64,000 nucleotides of DNA from Nitrospirota bacterium (lineage in GTDB: Bacteria; Nitrospirota; UBA9217): the NCBI GenBank assembly GCA_963790205.1, contig CAWBNQ010000003.1, forward strand, positions 544,001 to 608,000, read 5' to 3'. Below are positions 38,681 to 47,460 of the stretch, in pieces (position 1 is the stretch's first letter; each line of letters begins with the position of its first letter). The position numbers and the translations under genes were made by a program. The notes below the pieces were generated by a model. It searched no databases, was not told where the DNA came from, and saw nothing but the letters and a program-made list of their open reading frames with translations.

Positions 38681-39942
38681 TAATGTACCTCCTTGCGTTC
38701 CTGAATTGCCGGATGGGAATTGAATCGTGTAATAATGAGCACAATAAAACCGGCGCCGACTCCGATTATTCCCATGATGGGAATTGCGACATAACCCCAC
38801 AGATTCGCTGCCCATCCTCCCAGGATGGCACCGATGACGCCGGACAGCGAGGTAACAGCGTTAAAGATGCCCATCCCTTCTCCTTCGTTTTCCGGGGAAA
38901 GGGAAGCGACCAGTGCCGTGCTGCTCACGCTGAGCAAGGACCATGCAAGAACGACAAAAAGAAAGAACAGCATGGCGAGCCATCCTCGTCCGCCGAGCTG
39001 CGCGATTGCAAGAACAGTCAGCACAAGAAAAGCAGTAATACGCAGGGCAAGTGCGTCCCGAAGTATCGGCAGCGGCCCTCTCCGCGCAGACCATTTTCCC
39101 GCCGGCGCATACAGGATGAGTCCCAGCCCAGCGGCCAGGGCGTATCCTGTCGACGACAGTCCCGGCAGAACCCCGTATACCTTCTGCATCAAAACGGGAT
39201 AGAAGGAAAAAAATGCTGCACTGCCTGAAAAGCTCATTAGCCAGGCGATCAAAAAAAGACCGAAGGGCGTCCTGAAAGGCGCGAAAAACGTCCTCATGCC
39301 CTGCAAGGTCAGATGGTGGTAAAGGTGCTGGGGAGAGCCGGCAGGCCACTCGGCATGGTGCGCGGGGAGTGAGAGAACAGGCCGGCGCTGCAGGAGGACA
39401 CCCGGCTTCGACCGCGTTCCGAACGCGGCCGGAATGATTGCAGCGATTCCTATCCCCCCGGCAAGCCAAAGACCGAATTCAGGCTCGCTCTGGCCGATCA
39501 CTCCTGCGAGCGCCAGTCCTATGACCTGACCGCCGCCGTAAAAGGTCTGGAGCCAGCCGATGCGCGCGTCCCACTCTGACTCCGGATGGACCTCCACGAT
39601 AAAGAGGTTCGCGACCGTGGAAGCTGACGCCAAACCGATGCCCGATATGAGCGCCAGCCCTGTCCGGTGTACAAGCGACAAGGTGAACGGGAAGACGGTT
39701 GCGCCGAGAGCTGTCCCGAGAAGGCCTCCGATGAGCAGCTGTCGGTGCAGCCGGAAACGGTCGGCAATCCCGCCCCACACCGGCGCGGTGAGGCCTCCCA
39801 GGCTGAATGCCGCCATGACAAGGCCGATGTCCGCGGCCCCGCTTGTCCGGCTGACAACAAGGGGCAGAAGGAGGGGGATCAGACCGGCGGCGGAAAACCC
39901 AAGCAATGCGTATGAAATATACCAGCTTTCAACCCACTTCAT
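38680..39942 (-). CDS. MFS transporter
   Basis: About 12 TM segments; WGGIADRF motif A. Confidence 0.88.
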   Translation of the reverse strand: MKWVESWYISYALLGFSAAGLIPLLLPLVVSRTSGAADIGLVMAAFSLGGLTAPVWGGIADRFRLHRQLLIGGLLGTALGATVFPFTLSLVHRTGLALISGIGLASASTVANLFIVEVHPESEWDARIGWLQTFYGGGQVIGLALAGVIGQSEPEFGLWLAGGIGIAAIIPAAFGTRSKPGVLLQRRPVLSLPAHHAEWPAGSPQHLYHHLTLQGMRTFFAPFRTPFGLFLIAWLMSFSGSAAFFSFYPVLMQKVYGVLPGLSSTGYALAAGLGLILYAPAGKWSARRGPLPILRDALALRITAFLVLTVLAIAQLGGRGWLAMLFFLFVVLAWSLLSVSSTALVASLSPENEGEGMGIFNAVTSLSGVIGAILGGWAANLWGYVAIPIMGIIGVGAGFIVLIITRFNSHPAIQERKEVH

Positions 39943-40209
39943 ACAATTACCCGATGCCTTTCTTATAGAATTATATATCCATCTCTCTCTTCTTTCGCAG
40001 GGACCTGCCCTGCGCATCGCCATAAATGAACGCAAGAGGGAATGACCGTTTTGTGAAGATCGGCATCCGCGGGAGAGGCCCTGCCGAGGAGGTGCAATAC
40101 AGCCTCTGGAAATCCGCGGTGATCAAACCGGATGCTTCGCTATTCTCTGCTCTGCGGATCGTATAAGATATGGCCATCTTTTGCAGAGATGTGAACGTTG
40201 CGGTTTTGC

Positions 40210-40584
40210 TTATTCCCGTCGGGAGCTGTGAGGCTTCCTGATCTCGGCGGCGTCGGTAGTATTGAACGTGTAGGAGGTTACGACGTTGTTTGCATCAAAT
40301 CGGACTACAAGGTCTTTAGTTCTCGCCTCTCCGAACGCGCTGTAGTGGTAGCTCCCGTATGTCCAGGTCGGCTTGCCGTCGTCGATTCCCACCCTCCAGG
40401 GCCGGCCGAACATGTCCTGGATCTCAGCCTGGGTCGTTTTTCCTATCTGGATATCATATACTTTCGACGCGGGAAAATCGTGACCGATGGTCGCACATGC
40501 TGAGAGAGAAAGGATAAGGCTGACAACGAGTGCAAGTCCTATCGCTGTATGAGCCTTCTGCGCATTATTGTCCCCGATTGTCAT
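40210..40584 (-). CDS. BamE/SmpA-domain lipoprotein
   Basis: LSAC lipobox; IQIGKTTQAEIQDMFGRP, WTY, LVVRFD. Confidence 0.8.
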   Translation of the reverse strand: MTIGDNNAQKAHTAIGLALVVSLILSLSACATIGHDFPASKVYDIQIGKTTQAEIQDMFGRPWRVGIDDGKPTWTYGSYHYSAFGEARTKDLVVRFDANNVVTSYTFNTTDAAEIRKPHSSRRE

Positions 40585-42007
40585 TGCTGTTTTTCCCTCC
40601 TTCTCTTTTGATCTCGACTTCTTTTAGAATTATATCGCTTATTGGCTCATACTTCCCGCCGAAATGGTGTCCGCCGGGCATTGGAATGACCTTTGCCAAG
40701 CCCGGCCCCAGCAGGGGGCACAGGCTCCCCGCTTCTTCTGTCCCATACAAACAGATCACCTTTCGGTTTCGAAGCTTTTCGACTTCGGGCAACACCGGTT
40801 TTGCGCTCCCCCCTCCCGATTCGCCCAGCCACTCCGTGAGATGAAACTTGAACTCCGTTTTCCTGCCAGGTCCCAGGAGGACGATCTCACGCACCTGGTG
40901 AAGGAGGTCCGACGGCAAACGGTTCGCCATGAAGGGAAGCACCTCTGCGCCCAGGGAATAGCCGATAAGCAGAACATATTTTTTATTCCAGGTACGCTGA
41001 TAGTGCCGCAGAATCCTGGCAAGGTCTTCCGAAGCGCCCTCGGGCGTGCGCCTGGTCCAGAAATACTGAAGGGCGTTCAGCCCGACTACCGGGATCCCGC
41101 GTTCCGCGAGTGCACCCCCGACTTCCCGGTCCAGGCCGGCCCAACCGCCGTCGCCGGAGATGATAACGGCGAACAGGTCCGACCTGTCACCGTGCGCCGG
41201 GACCTCCACGAGGGGCAGGTCGTCCAGTAGGCCGCTCGCGACCCTTGTTGTTCCTTCTCCGGCCGCGAGCCGGTCAAAGGTTTTGTTAAGTTCCGGGAGC
41301 CGGTTCCTTTCCGCGGAAAATCCGCGCCCCACTTCCGAAAGGAAAACAATGTTCGCATCAGGAACGTCGCGCACGAACGAGCGTACCTCTGCATTGCCGC
41401 AGCCCCTGTCGATCGCGCCCTCCAGGACAATCCAGTGCCCCGAAAGTTTCCGGCTCGGCAGGAACACGGTCCTCTTGTTGTCGAGATCATGCTTCGATAC
41501 AAGCCCATAGCCTTGGCACAGGGGTTTCCTGATCAAGAGATCCGGGCAGAACTCCATGCTGATGCCTCCTTGAAAGGTATTCGGCGGGGCCTGGGCCAGC
41601 ACGGCATAGACCAGCGCTGCTCCGGATGCGTAGCCTGCAAGGATGGGGAGCTTATACTGCGGGAGGTCCAGCCTTTTCTGCACATACTTGCTCAGGGCCT
41701 CGAAGTCCGCCGCCGGGTACAGGCATCTCCCTTCGGATGATTCGAGGCTGTGCAGGTAACGCGTAAGGTCCACACCTGCGACAACAACGCCGGACCTGCT
41801 GAGGCTGTGGGCCATGTCCACCACTGCCTTGTTCCATCCGCCGTCCCCGGAGATGAAGAGCGCTATCGCGCGTGGCTGCGCTTGCGCCCGGTACAGGAGC
41901 ACCCTTCCGAAGGGCCCGAAGGTAAATGATTCCTCATCAGCAGGAGCCACGCCACGGCAACACAGGACCAGGGTTGCAACAACAAAGATAATACATAACC
42001 GGTTCAT
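40565..42007 (-). CDS. acvB: AcvB/VirJ-family lysyl-phosphatidylglycerol hydrolase
   Basis: Two alpha/beta-hydrolase halves with SGDGGW, IGYSLGAE, GGHHF; directly downstream of mprF. Confidence 0.85.
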   Translation of the reverse strand: MNRLCIIFVVATLVLCCRGVAPADEESFTFGPFGRVLLYRAQAQPRAIALFISGDGGWNKAVVDMAHSLSRSGVVVAGVDLTRYLHSLESSEGRCLYPAADFEALSKYVQKRLDLPQYKLPILAGYASGAALVYAVLAQAPPNTFQGGISMEFCPDLLIRKPLCQGYGLVSKHDLDNKRTVFLPSRKLSGHWIVLEGAIDRGCGNAEVRSFVRDVPDANIVFLSEVGRGFSAERNRLPELNKTFDRLAAGEGTTRVASGLLDDLPLVEVPAHGDRSDLFAVIISGDGGWAGLDREVGGALAERGIPVVGLNALQYFWTRRTPEGASEDLARILRHYQRTWNKKYVLLIGYSLGAEVLPFMANRLPSDLLHQVREIVLLGPGRKTEFKFHLTEWLGESGGGSAKPVLPEVEKLRNRKVICLYGTEEAGSLCPLLGPGLAKVIPMPGGHHFGGKYEPISDIILKEVEIKREGGKNSNDNRGQ

Positions 42008-44559
42008 TTTTTGAGTGCTCCCATCAGGCCGCCGGATATGAGGGACGCAAGGTTCGTCAGAATGCGGGGCAGCAGAAAGATCCGGGGAAAGACGATATAT
42101 TTCGGTTCCCAGAGCGGATCGAATTGTTCCTTGAACTGCCGCAACCCCTGGAAGTTATAAAAATGTTCGCCATGCCGAAAGATCTGCGCACCAAGGCGGT
42201 TCCAGACCGGCGCCAATGCCCGGTCCTCGAATCCGGCAAGGGGCGCCATACCGAGGTTGAATTGGCGATATCCCTGTTCCTTGCCCCAGAGCATCAGTTC
42301 CGCGAAGAGGAATTCCATGATCCCGTCCAGGGAACCTGGAACATGACGCATCAGGTCGATAGAAAGCTCCTCCTTGCCCGCTCCAGGCCAGATATTGGAA
42401 AAGGCGATGATGCCCCCTTCCTTTCTGACCAAAGCAATGGGAAATTCCCGCAGATAAGCATCGTTGAAATTCCCGAGGGAGAAACGTTTCTCCCGCGTGT
42501 TCTTGGCAGCAAGCCAGGCATCGGAGATGACTTTGAGTTCGGGCAGCAGCGCAGGCACCTCCGCAGCCGGCATGACCGAAAATACAGCGCCCTCACGCAT
42601 CGCGCGCCGATGTACATAGCGCAGGTCTTTCCTGCCTCTGCCCTCCAGGGAGAAGTCCGGCAGAAAAACTCTCGCCTCCTCGCCGATCTTCAGTGAAGTA
42701 AGTCCGAGGTCGATGTAGAGATAGAGACTGTTTTTTCCGGCTTCGTAGAACGCCGGCCATCCTCCCTGCCGGTCGCACAGCTCCCGAAAACTCCAAACCA
42801 GGTCCTTCCAGTCTTCTTCGCGGCCCATCGGGTCGCCCATGGCGATCCAGCTCCTTCCCTCCACGCCGTACATGATAAATGAATCGCCGCTCCCGCCGAA
42901 TAGAAACCTCTTGTCTCCGAGGAGACCAAGGTACGCCCTCGTATCCTTGCTCGCTATGATTACCGCGCGTGCCTTGCCCAGATCCTGGTCCCCGGCAACG
43001 GCCGTTTCCAACGGCATCGGCCGAAGAAGCCGCGTGATGCCGGCGATGACCGAGAAGCAGATTACGCCGACGCTCGCCCGCAGGAACCGCGATGCGTCGC
43101 CTTTAACGGTGAACTGCCACCACAGGTCCTGGGAATATTCCACGTGGCGATAGGCAAAGAGCCCCAGCCAGATCGATCCGGCCAGGACTGCAATGATGGA
43201 CATGATCCATCCCGCTGAAAAGCTTTGGCCCAGGAGCGAAGCGCGGCGGTAGAAAAACCGTTTGGACGGCAGCAGGGCGCCGAGGATGATCGCCAGGATT
43301 AATGCTTCTTCGTAATCAAAGCCCTTGAACAGAGAAAAGAGAATGCCCGCGCCGAGGAAGACGATCGTAAGATGGTATGCGGCATCCAGCCTTCGCTGAA
43401 TCCCCCGCGCCAGGAGCACCAGCGCGACGCCGCACAGGCTGCCGAGAAAGTGTGAAAGTTCGAGAAGAGGCAGCGGCAGGATGTTCTTTATCCATTGCAG
43501 CCGCGCAGGAAGCTCCGGCGTCGCGCCGGAGAACAGAAGCAGCGCGCCAGACGCGAAGATGATCACGGAAAGGACCCGGGGAGCAATTGCAGCCGCACCC
43601 TGTCCCATGACCCTGGCCAAAGCCGCAACTCGCATTTTAGCCGAAACCATTTCATAGGCGCCGAGCATGACCGCGGCAGCGATGAGCGGCAGGAGATAGT
43701 ATATCCCCCGGTATAACAGCAGGGCGCCCATAGTCTGTGATATTGTGGGCCCGGGAGGGTGGAGCAGGAGGAATACGGTCTCAAACACGCCGAGACCGCC
43801 CGGGACCTGGCTCACCAGGCCGGCGGTCTGAGCCAACAAAAAGACACTGTAAAAGAGCGGCAGTGAGAAAAGGTCCGCGTGAGGGAGAAGAACGAACAGT
43901 ACGCTTCCGGCCAGGAGCCAGTCGAGAGACGATACCGCGATCTGCGCCAAAGACAGCCCTGCCGAGGGAAGAGGTATCTCGCGATGCCCGATCATGAGGG
44001 GCTTCCTGCTGGCTGCGCTCCAGGCTATGTATGCGGCTGCTACGGCAAGAAAGAGGATGCCCAGCGGACGCGCGGAGACGATAGGCAGTCTCAGCGGTGA
44101 CGGCAGTGCGACCGGCTCGACCACGAATGCGATGCCTCCTACCGACAACAGCCCCAGCCAAAGCGTCAGCGTTGAAAAGGCAACCATCTTCGTGACATCC
44201 AGGACCGACAGGCCCCACGACGTGTACAACCGGTACCGCACGGAGCTTCCCGCAAGCATGGACATTCCTATGTTATTGCTGAAGGCATATCCGATGAATG
44301 ATGCGAACGCGATTCTTCCGTACTCCAGATTGCGGCCGACGTATCGGAACGCCAGGGCATCGTATCCCGTGAGGACAAGATAGTTCAGTGTTGTCAGCAG
44401 CACAGAAGCGATCAAGCCGAGGGCCGGGACGGCGCGCGCCTCTAAGGCGATATCCCTGTAGTGGTATTCGGACAACGCGCGGTGGAGGAACCAGAGGGCG
44501 ACGAGGAAAAGCACGAGACCCAAGAGAGCCCATAACAGGTTTGCAATTTTTCTGTTCAT
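42004..44559 (-). CDS. mprF: Bifunctional lysyl-phosphatidylglycerol flippase/synthetase
   Basis: VPGGLGVFE, LELSHFLGS, EKRFSLG, IDLMRH, NLGMAPL, FYNFQGLRQFKE. Confidence 0.95.
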   Translation of the reverse strand: MNRKIANLLWALLGLVLFLVALWFLHRALSEYHYRDIALEARAVPALGLIASVLLTTLNYLVLTGYDALAFRYVGRNLEYGRIAFASFIGYAFSNNIGMSMLAGSSVRYRLYTSWGLSVLDVTKMVAFSTLTLWLGLLSVGGIAFVVEPVALPSPLRLPIVSARPLGILFLAVAAAYIAWSAASRKPLMIGHREIPLPSAGLSLAQIAVSSLDWLLAGSVLFVLLPHADLFSLPLFYSVFLLAQTAGLVSQVPGGLGVFETVFLLLHPPGPTISQTMGALLLYRGIYYLLPLIAAAVMLGAYEMVSAKMRVAALARVMGQGAAAIAPRVLSVIIFASGALLLFSGATPELPARLQWIKNILPLPLLELSHFLGSLCGVALVLLARGIQRRLDAAYHLTIVFLGAGILFSLFKGFDYEEALILAIILGALLPSKRFFYRRASLLGQSFSAGWIMSIIAVLAGSIWLGLFAYRHVEYSQDLWWQFTVKGDASRFLRASVGVICFSVIAGITRLLRPMPLETAVAGDQDLGKARAVIIASKDTRAYLGLLGDKRFLFGGSGDSFIMYGVEGRSWIAMGDPMGREEDWKDLVWSFRELCDRQGGWPAFYEAGKNSLYLYIDLGLTSLKIGEEARVFLPDFSLEGRGRKDLRYVHRRAMREGAVFSVMPAAEVPALLPELKVISDAWLAAKNTREKRFSLGNFNDAYLREFPIALVRKEGGIIAFSNIWPGAGKEELSIDLMRHVPGSLDGIMEFLFAELMLWGKEQGYRQFNLGMAPLAGFEDRALAPVWNRLGAQIFRHGEHFYNFQGLRQFKEQFDPLWEPKYIVFPRIFLLPRILTNLASLISGGLMGALKK

Positions 44560-44837
44560 GATTGATATAATTTTACAAGATTTTTCGTTGAGCTGCCTGA
44601 AGATACTGCTAGGGTATGAAGTAAAATAAGAACTAGCCATAAAAAATTTATTTTTGATATTTAATGCAACCTTGATCAATTTTCGGTTCTTACAGGCTTG
44701 GCCCTGGAAGTTGTGAAAGAAGTACATTTTTCGCGCTATAATCGAATGAATAACTTGTCGTTGTTGCGATAGGCAGAGAGCGGGGTAAATGTCGATGACA
44801 GTCGTTGCAGGGCGTTCTACTAATACTTGAGGTAGCA

Positions 44838-45983
44838 ATGGGCATCGTTCGACACTTTCGCAGTGATGCACGGCGAGCACGGGACGCGCAAAAATGCCGC
44901 CACCTTAGGAGAGCGGCAATGCTCCTTGTTACAGTTCTCAGCGTGACCGGAGCTATTCCGGCTTCCTCCGTGAAACAGTATGCTCAAAAGAATCTCGCGT
45001 CCGACGTTGCCGGAGTGGGCCTGACGGTGAATTCCACCCTCGTGAACCCCTGGGGCCTGGCGCAATCGCCTTCGGGTCAATGGTGGATCGCAAACAACGC
45101 TAAAGGCGTCATCACCCTCTCTACCGGGAAGGGGCTGGCTTATCCCGTATCGGCTCCGTTGATCATCACCGTGCCATTGCCTCCAGGCACGACCGGCATG
45201 CCGTCAGCACCGACCGGCATCGCGCTGAACAGCACCGCCGATTTTATCGTGGGTCCGGGCAAGCCGGCACAGGTCATCTGCGTGACGGAAGACGGGACCA
45301 TATCGGGCTGGAACCCGGAAGTGGACAAGTATCATGCTGTTCTCGCTGTGGATAAATCGACGCAGGCTGTTTACAAGGGGGTGGCGCTCGGGCAGGCGCG
45401 GGGCCGGAATTATCTTTATGCGGCGAACTTCTGGGCCGGAACGATCGATGTCTTCGACGCCTATTTTCATCAGGTGGACCTTCCGGACGGCGCATTCGTA
45501 GACGGTCTGCTCCCGGGGAACTTTGCTCCTTTGAATGTGCAGAACATCAACGGAAAAATCTATGTTGCCTACGCTCAGCAGGACGTGGACTCCTATGATC
45601 CGGTGCGGGGCGCCGGGCTCGGTTATGTAACGGTTTACGACGAAGACGGCAAATTGATCACAAGGTTGAAGTCCGGGCCGGAGTTGAATGCCCCCTGGGG
45701 TATGACCCTGGCACCACGGGGATTCGGCAAATACGGCAATATGCTGCTGGTCGGTAATGCAGGGGACGGCACGATTGCGGTTTATGATCCGGCTACCGGT
45801 GAATTTAAAGGACGTCTCGAAGGAATGAAGGGAGACCTCATTACGATCCAGGGGCTGCGCGGTATAGCTGCAGGAAACAATGCGTCGGCGGGTTCTCCTG
45901 CAGCGGTCTATTTCTGCGCAGGCATCGACGAGGGGGAGCACGGGCTCTTCGGATTACTGAAGCCCGGCCCTCCGTCCAAGTAA
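44838..45983 (+). CDS. TIGR03118-family secreted beta-propeller protein
   Basis: LVNPWGLA, PTGI, TEDGTISGW, AVYKG, LNAPWG, LLVGN, HGLFG. Confidence 0.85.
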   Translation: MGIVRHFRSDARRARDAQKCRHLRRAAMLLVTVLSVTGAIPASSVKQYAQKNLASDVAGVGLTVNSTLVNPWGLAQSPSGQWWIANNAKGVITLSTGKGLAYPVSAPLIITVPLPPGTTGMPSAPTGIALNSTADFIVGPGKPAQVICVTEDGTISGWNPEVDKYHAVLAVDKSTQAVYKGVALGQARGRNYLYAANFWAGTIDVFDAYFHQVDLPDGAFVDGLLPGNFAPLNVQNINGKIYVAYAQQDVDSYDPVRGAGLGYVTVYDEDGKLITRLKSGPELNAPWGMTLAPRGFGKYGNMLLVGNAGDGTIAVYDPATGEFKGRLEGMKGDLITIQGLRGIAAGNNASAGSPAAVYFCAGIDEGEHGLFGLLKPGPPSK

Positions 45984-46033
45984 AGGGAATAAGTCCAACA
46001 GGCGCAGGTACGACCTGCGGAAAGGAGACGGCA

Positions 46034-46492
46034 ATGAAAAAAAGAGGGGCGATCATTGCGATCATTTCGATCATCAGTCTTGTTGTGGCGGCAGAATCGT
46101 TCGGTCAGCGCGGGATGCACTGGAGAGGCGGCGGCGGATGGGGGATGGGTTCCCAGTACGGCAGAATGTACGATCCCAAAACCGTCGAGACGATCAGCGG
46201 CGAAGTGGAGCGCGTCGACACGATCACTCCGATGAAAGGCATGTCCGGCGGAGTGCATCTCGTGGTAAAAACAGACAAGGAGTCGATTTCCGTTCATCTC
46301 GGTCCCGCATGGTACCTGGAGAATCAGGACGTCAAGATACAACCCAAGGACAAAGTGGAAATAACCGGCTCCCGCATCACCTTTGACGGAAAACCGGCGA
46401 TCATTGCCAAGGAAGTGAAGAAGGGTGACGAAGTGATGAACCTTCGCGATGACAAAGGCTATCCGGTCTGGAGCGGCTGGAAGAGGAGATAG
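46034..46492 (+). CDS. Secreted OB-fold-like protein (MamS/MamX-like domain)
   Basis: YDPKTVETISGEV, VHLGPAWYL, ITGSR, LRDDKGYPVW. Confidence 0.7.
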   Translation: MKKRGAIIAIISIISLVVAAESFGQRGMHWRGGGGWGMGSQYGRMYDPKTVETISGEVERVDTITPMKGMSGGVHLVVKTDKESISVHLGPAWYLENQDVKIQPKDKVEITGSRITFDGKPAIIAKEVKKGDEVMNLRDDKGYPVWSGWKRR

Positions 46493-46734
46493 GGGTTGAA
46501 GGGTTTTGCGGAGAACCTGTGTCGATGGTTCTCCGTTTTCCTTCTTGTAAATACTTCAGAGACTCTCCTCCACTTCTCTTTATGAAAGAGGGACATTCCT
46601 TGCTTCAGGAAAGAAGGGTAGGAGGTATTTCATGATAAATGGATGTTCAAACTACTGCGAGGTAGTTTCTAACGATTTGATTTCACTGTAACGTACAAAA
46701 AAATGTGAAAAGAGAGAGAAGTCGAGGTAACCAA

Positions 46735-47397
46735 ATGATCCCGCTAAAGGATATTGACCGCAGGCCCTCGCGCTTTCCGGTGATGACGAGCCTTATCATC
46801 GCGGCGAACACGCTCGTGTTTCTGCTTGAACTGGTGAATGGCAATGCTTTCATCGAACGGTGGTCGCTCGTTCCGTCGGAGATCGCATCCGGAAGAGACC
46901 TGATCACCGTTGTGACCGCGATGTTCATGCACGGCGGTCTGCTGCATATCGCGGGCAATATGGTGTTTTTCTGGGCATTCGGACCGGAGGTTGAAGACAT
47001 GATGGGGCGGGCGAGATATACCGCGTTCTACCTGTTGGGAGGACTGGCGGCATTCGGAGCCCAGGTTGCGCTGAATCCGGATTCGCAGGTGCCCACGCTT
47101 GGAGCGAGCGGCGCCATAGCGGCGGTCATGGGCGCCTTTCTCATCACGTTTCCCCGCGACAGAATCCGCACACTCGTGTTTCTCGGATTTTTTGTGACTA
47201 CTTTTCTTGTCCCGGCAATCGTGCTGGTGGGGCTCTGGTTTCTCCTGCAGATAGTAAGTGAAGCCGGCACGCTGGCGGAAAGTCAGACGAGTGGTGGAGT
47301 AGCGTATGCGGCTCATATCGGAGGCTTTATATTCGGCCTGGCCTTTGCGCGTTTATTTGAGGGCCGCCGACCGGGCAGACAGACTCAAACGATCTGA
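46735..47397 (+). CDS. Rhomboid intramembrane serine protease
   Basis: MFMHGGLLHIAGNM, GASGAIA, AYAAHIGG. Confidence 0.93.
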   Translation: MIPLKDIDRRPSRFPVMTSLIIAANTLVFLLELVNGNAFIERWSLVPSEIASGRDLITVVTAMFMHGGLLHIAGNMVFFWAFGPEVEDMMGRARYTAFYLLGGLAAFGAQVALNPDSQVPTLGASGAIAAVMGAFLITFPRDRIRTLVFLGFFVTTFLVPAIVLVGLWFLLQIVSEAGTLAESQTSGGVAYAAHIGGFIFGLAFARLFEGRRPGRQTQTI

Positions 47398-47460
47398 TGC
47401 CGATGGTTCTTCCGTTACGCGGACCTTCACTTGCGGCAGGCGACATCGGAGAAAATTGTG

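Noticed and set aside
46034..46492. Magnetosome island suggested by the MamS/MamX-like domain
   Set aside because: No other mam/mad genes in the window; the domain also occurs in non-magnetotactic bacteria.
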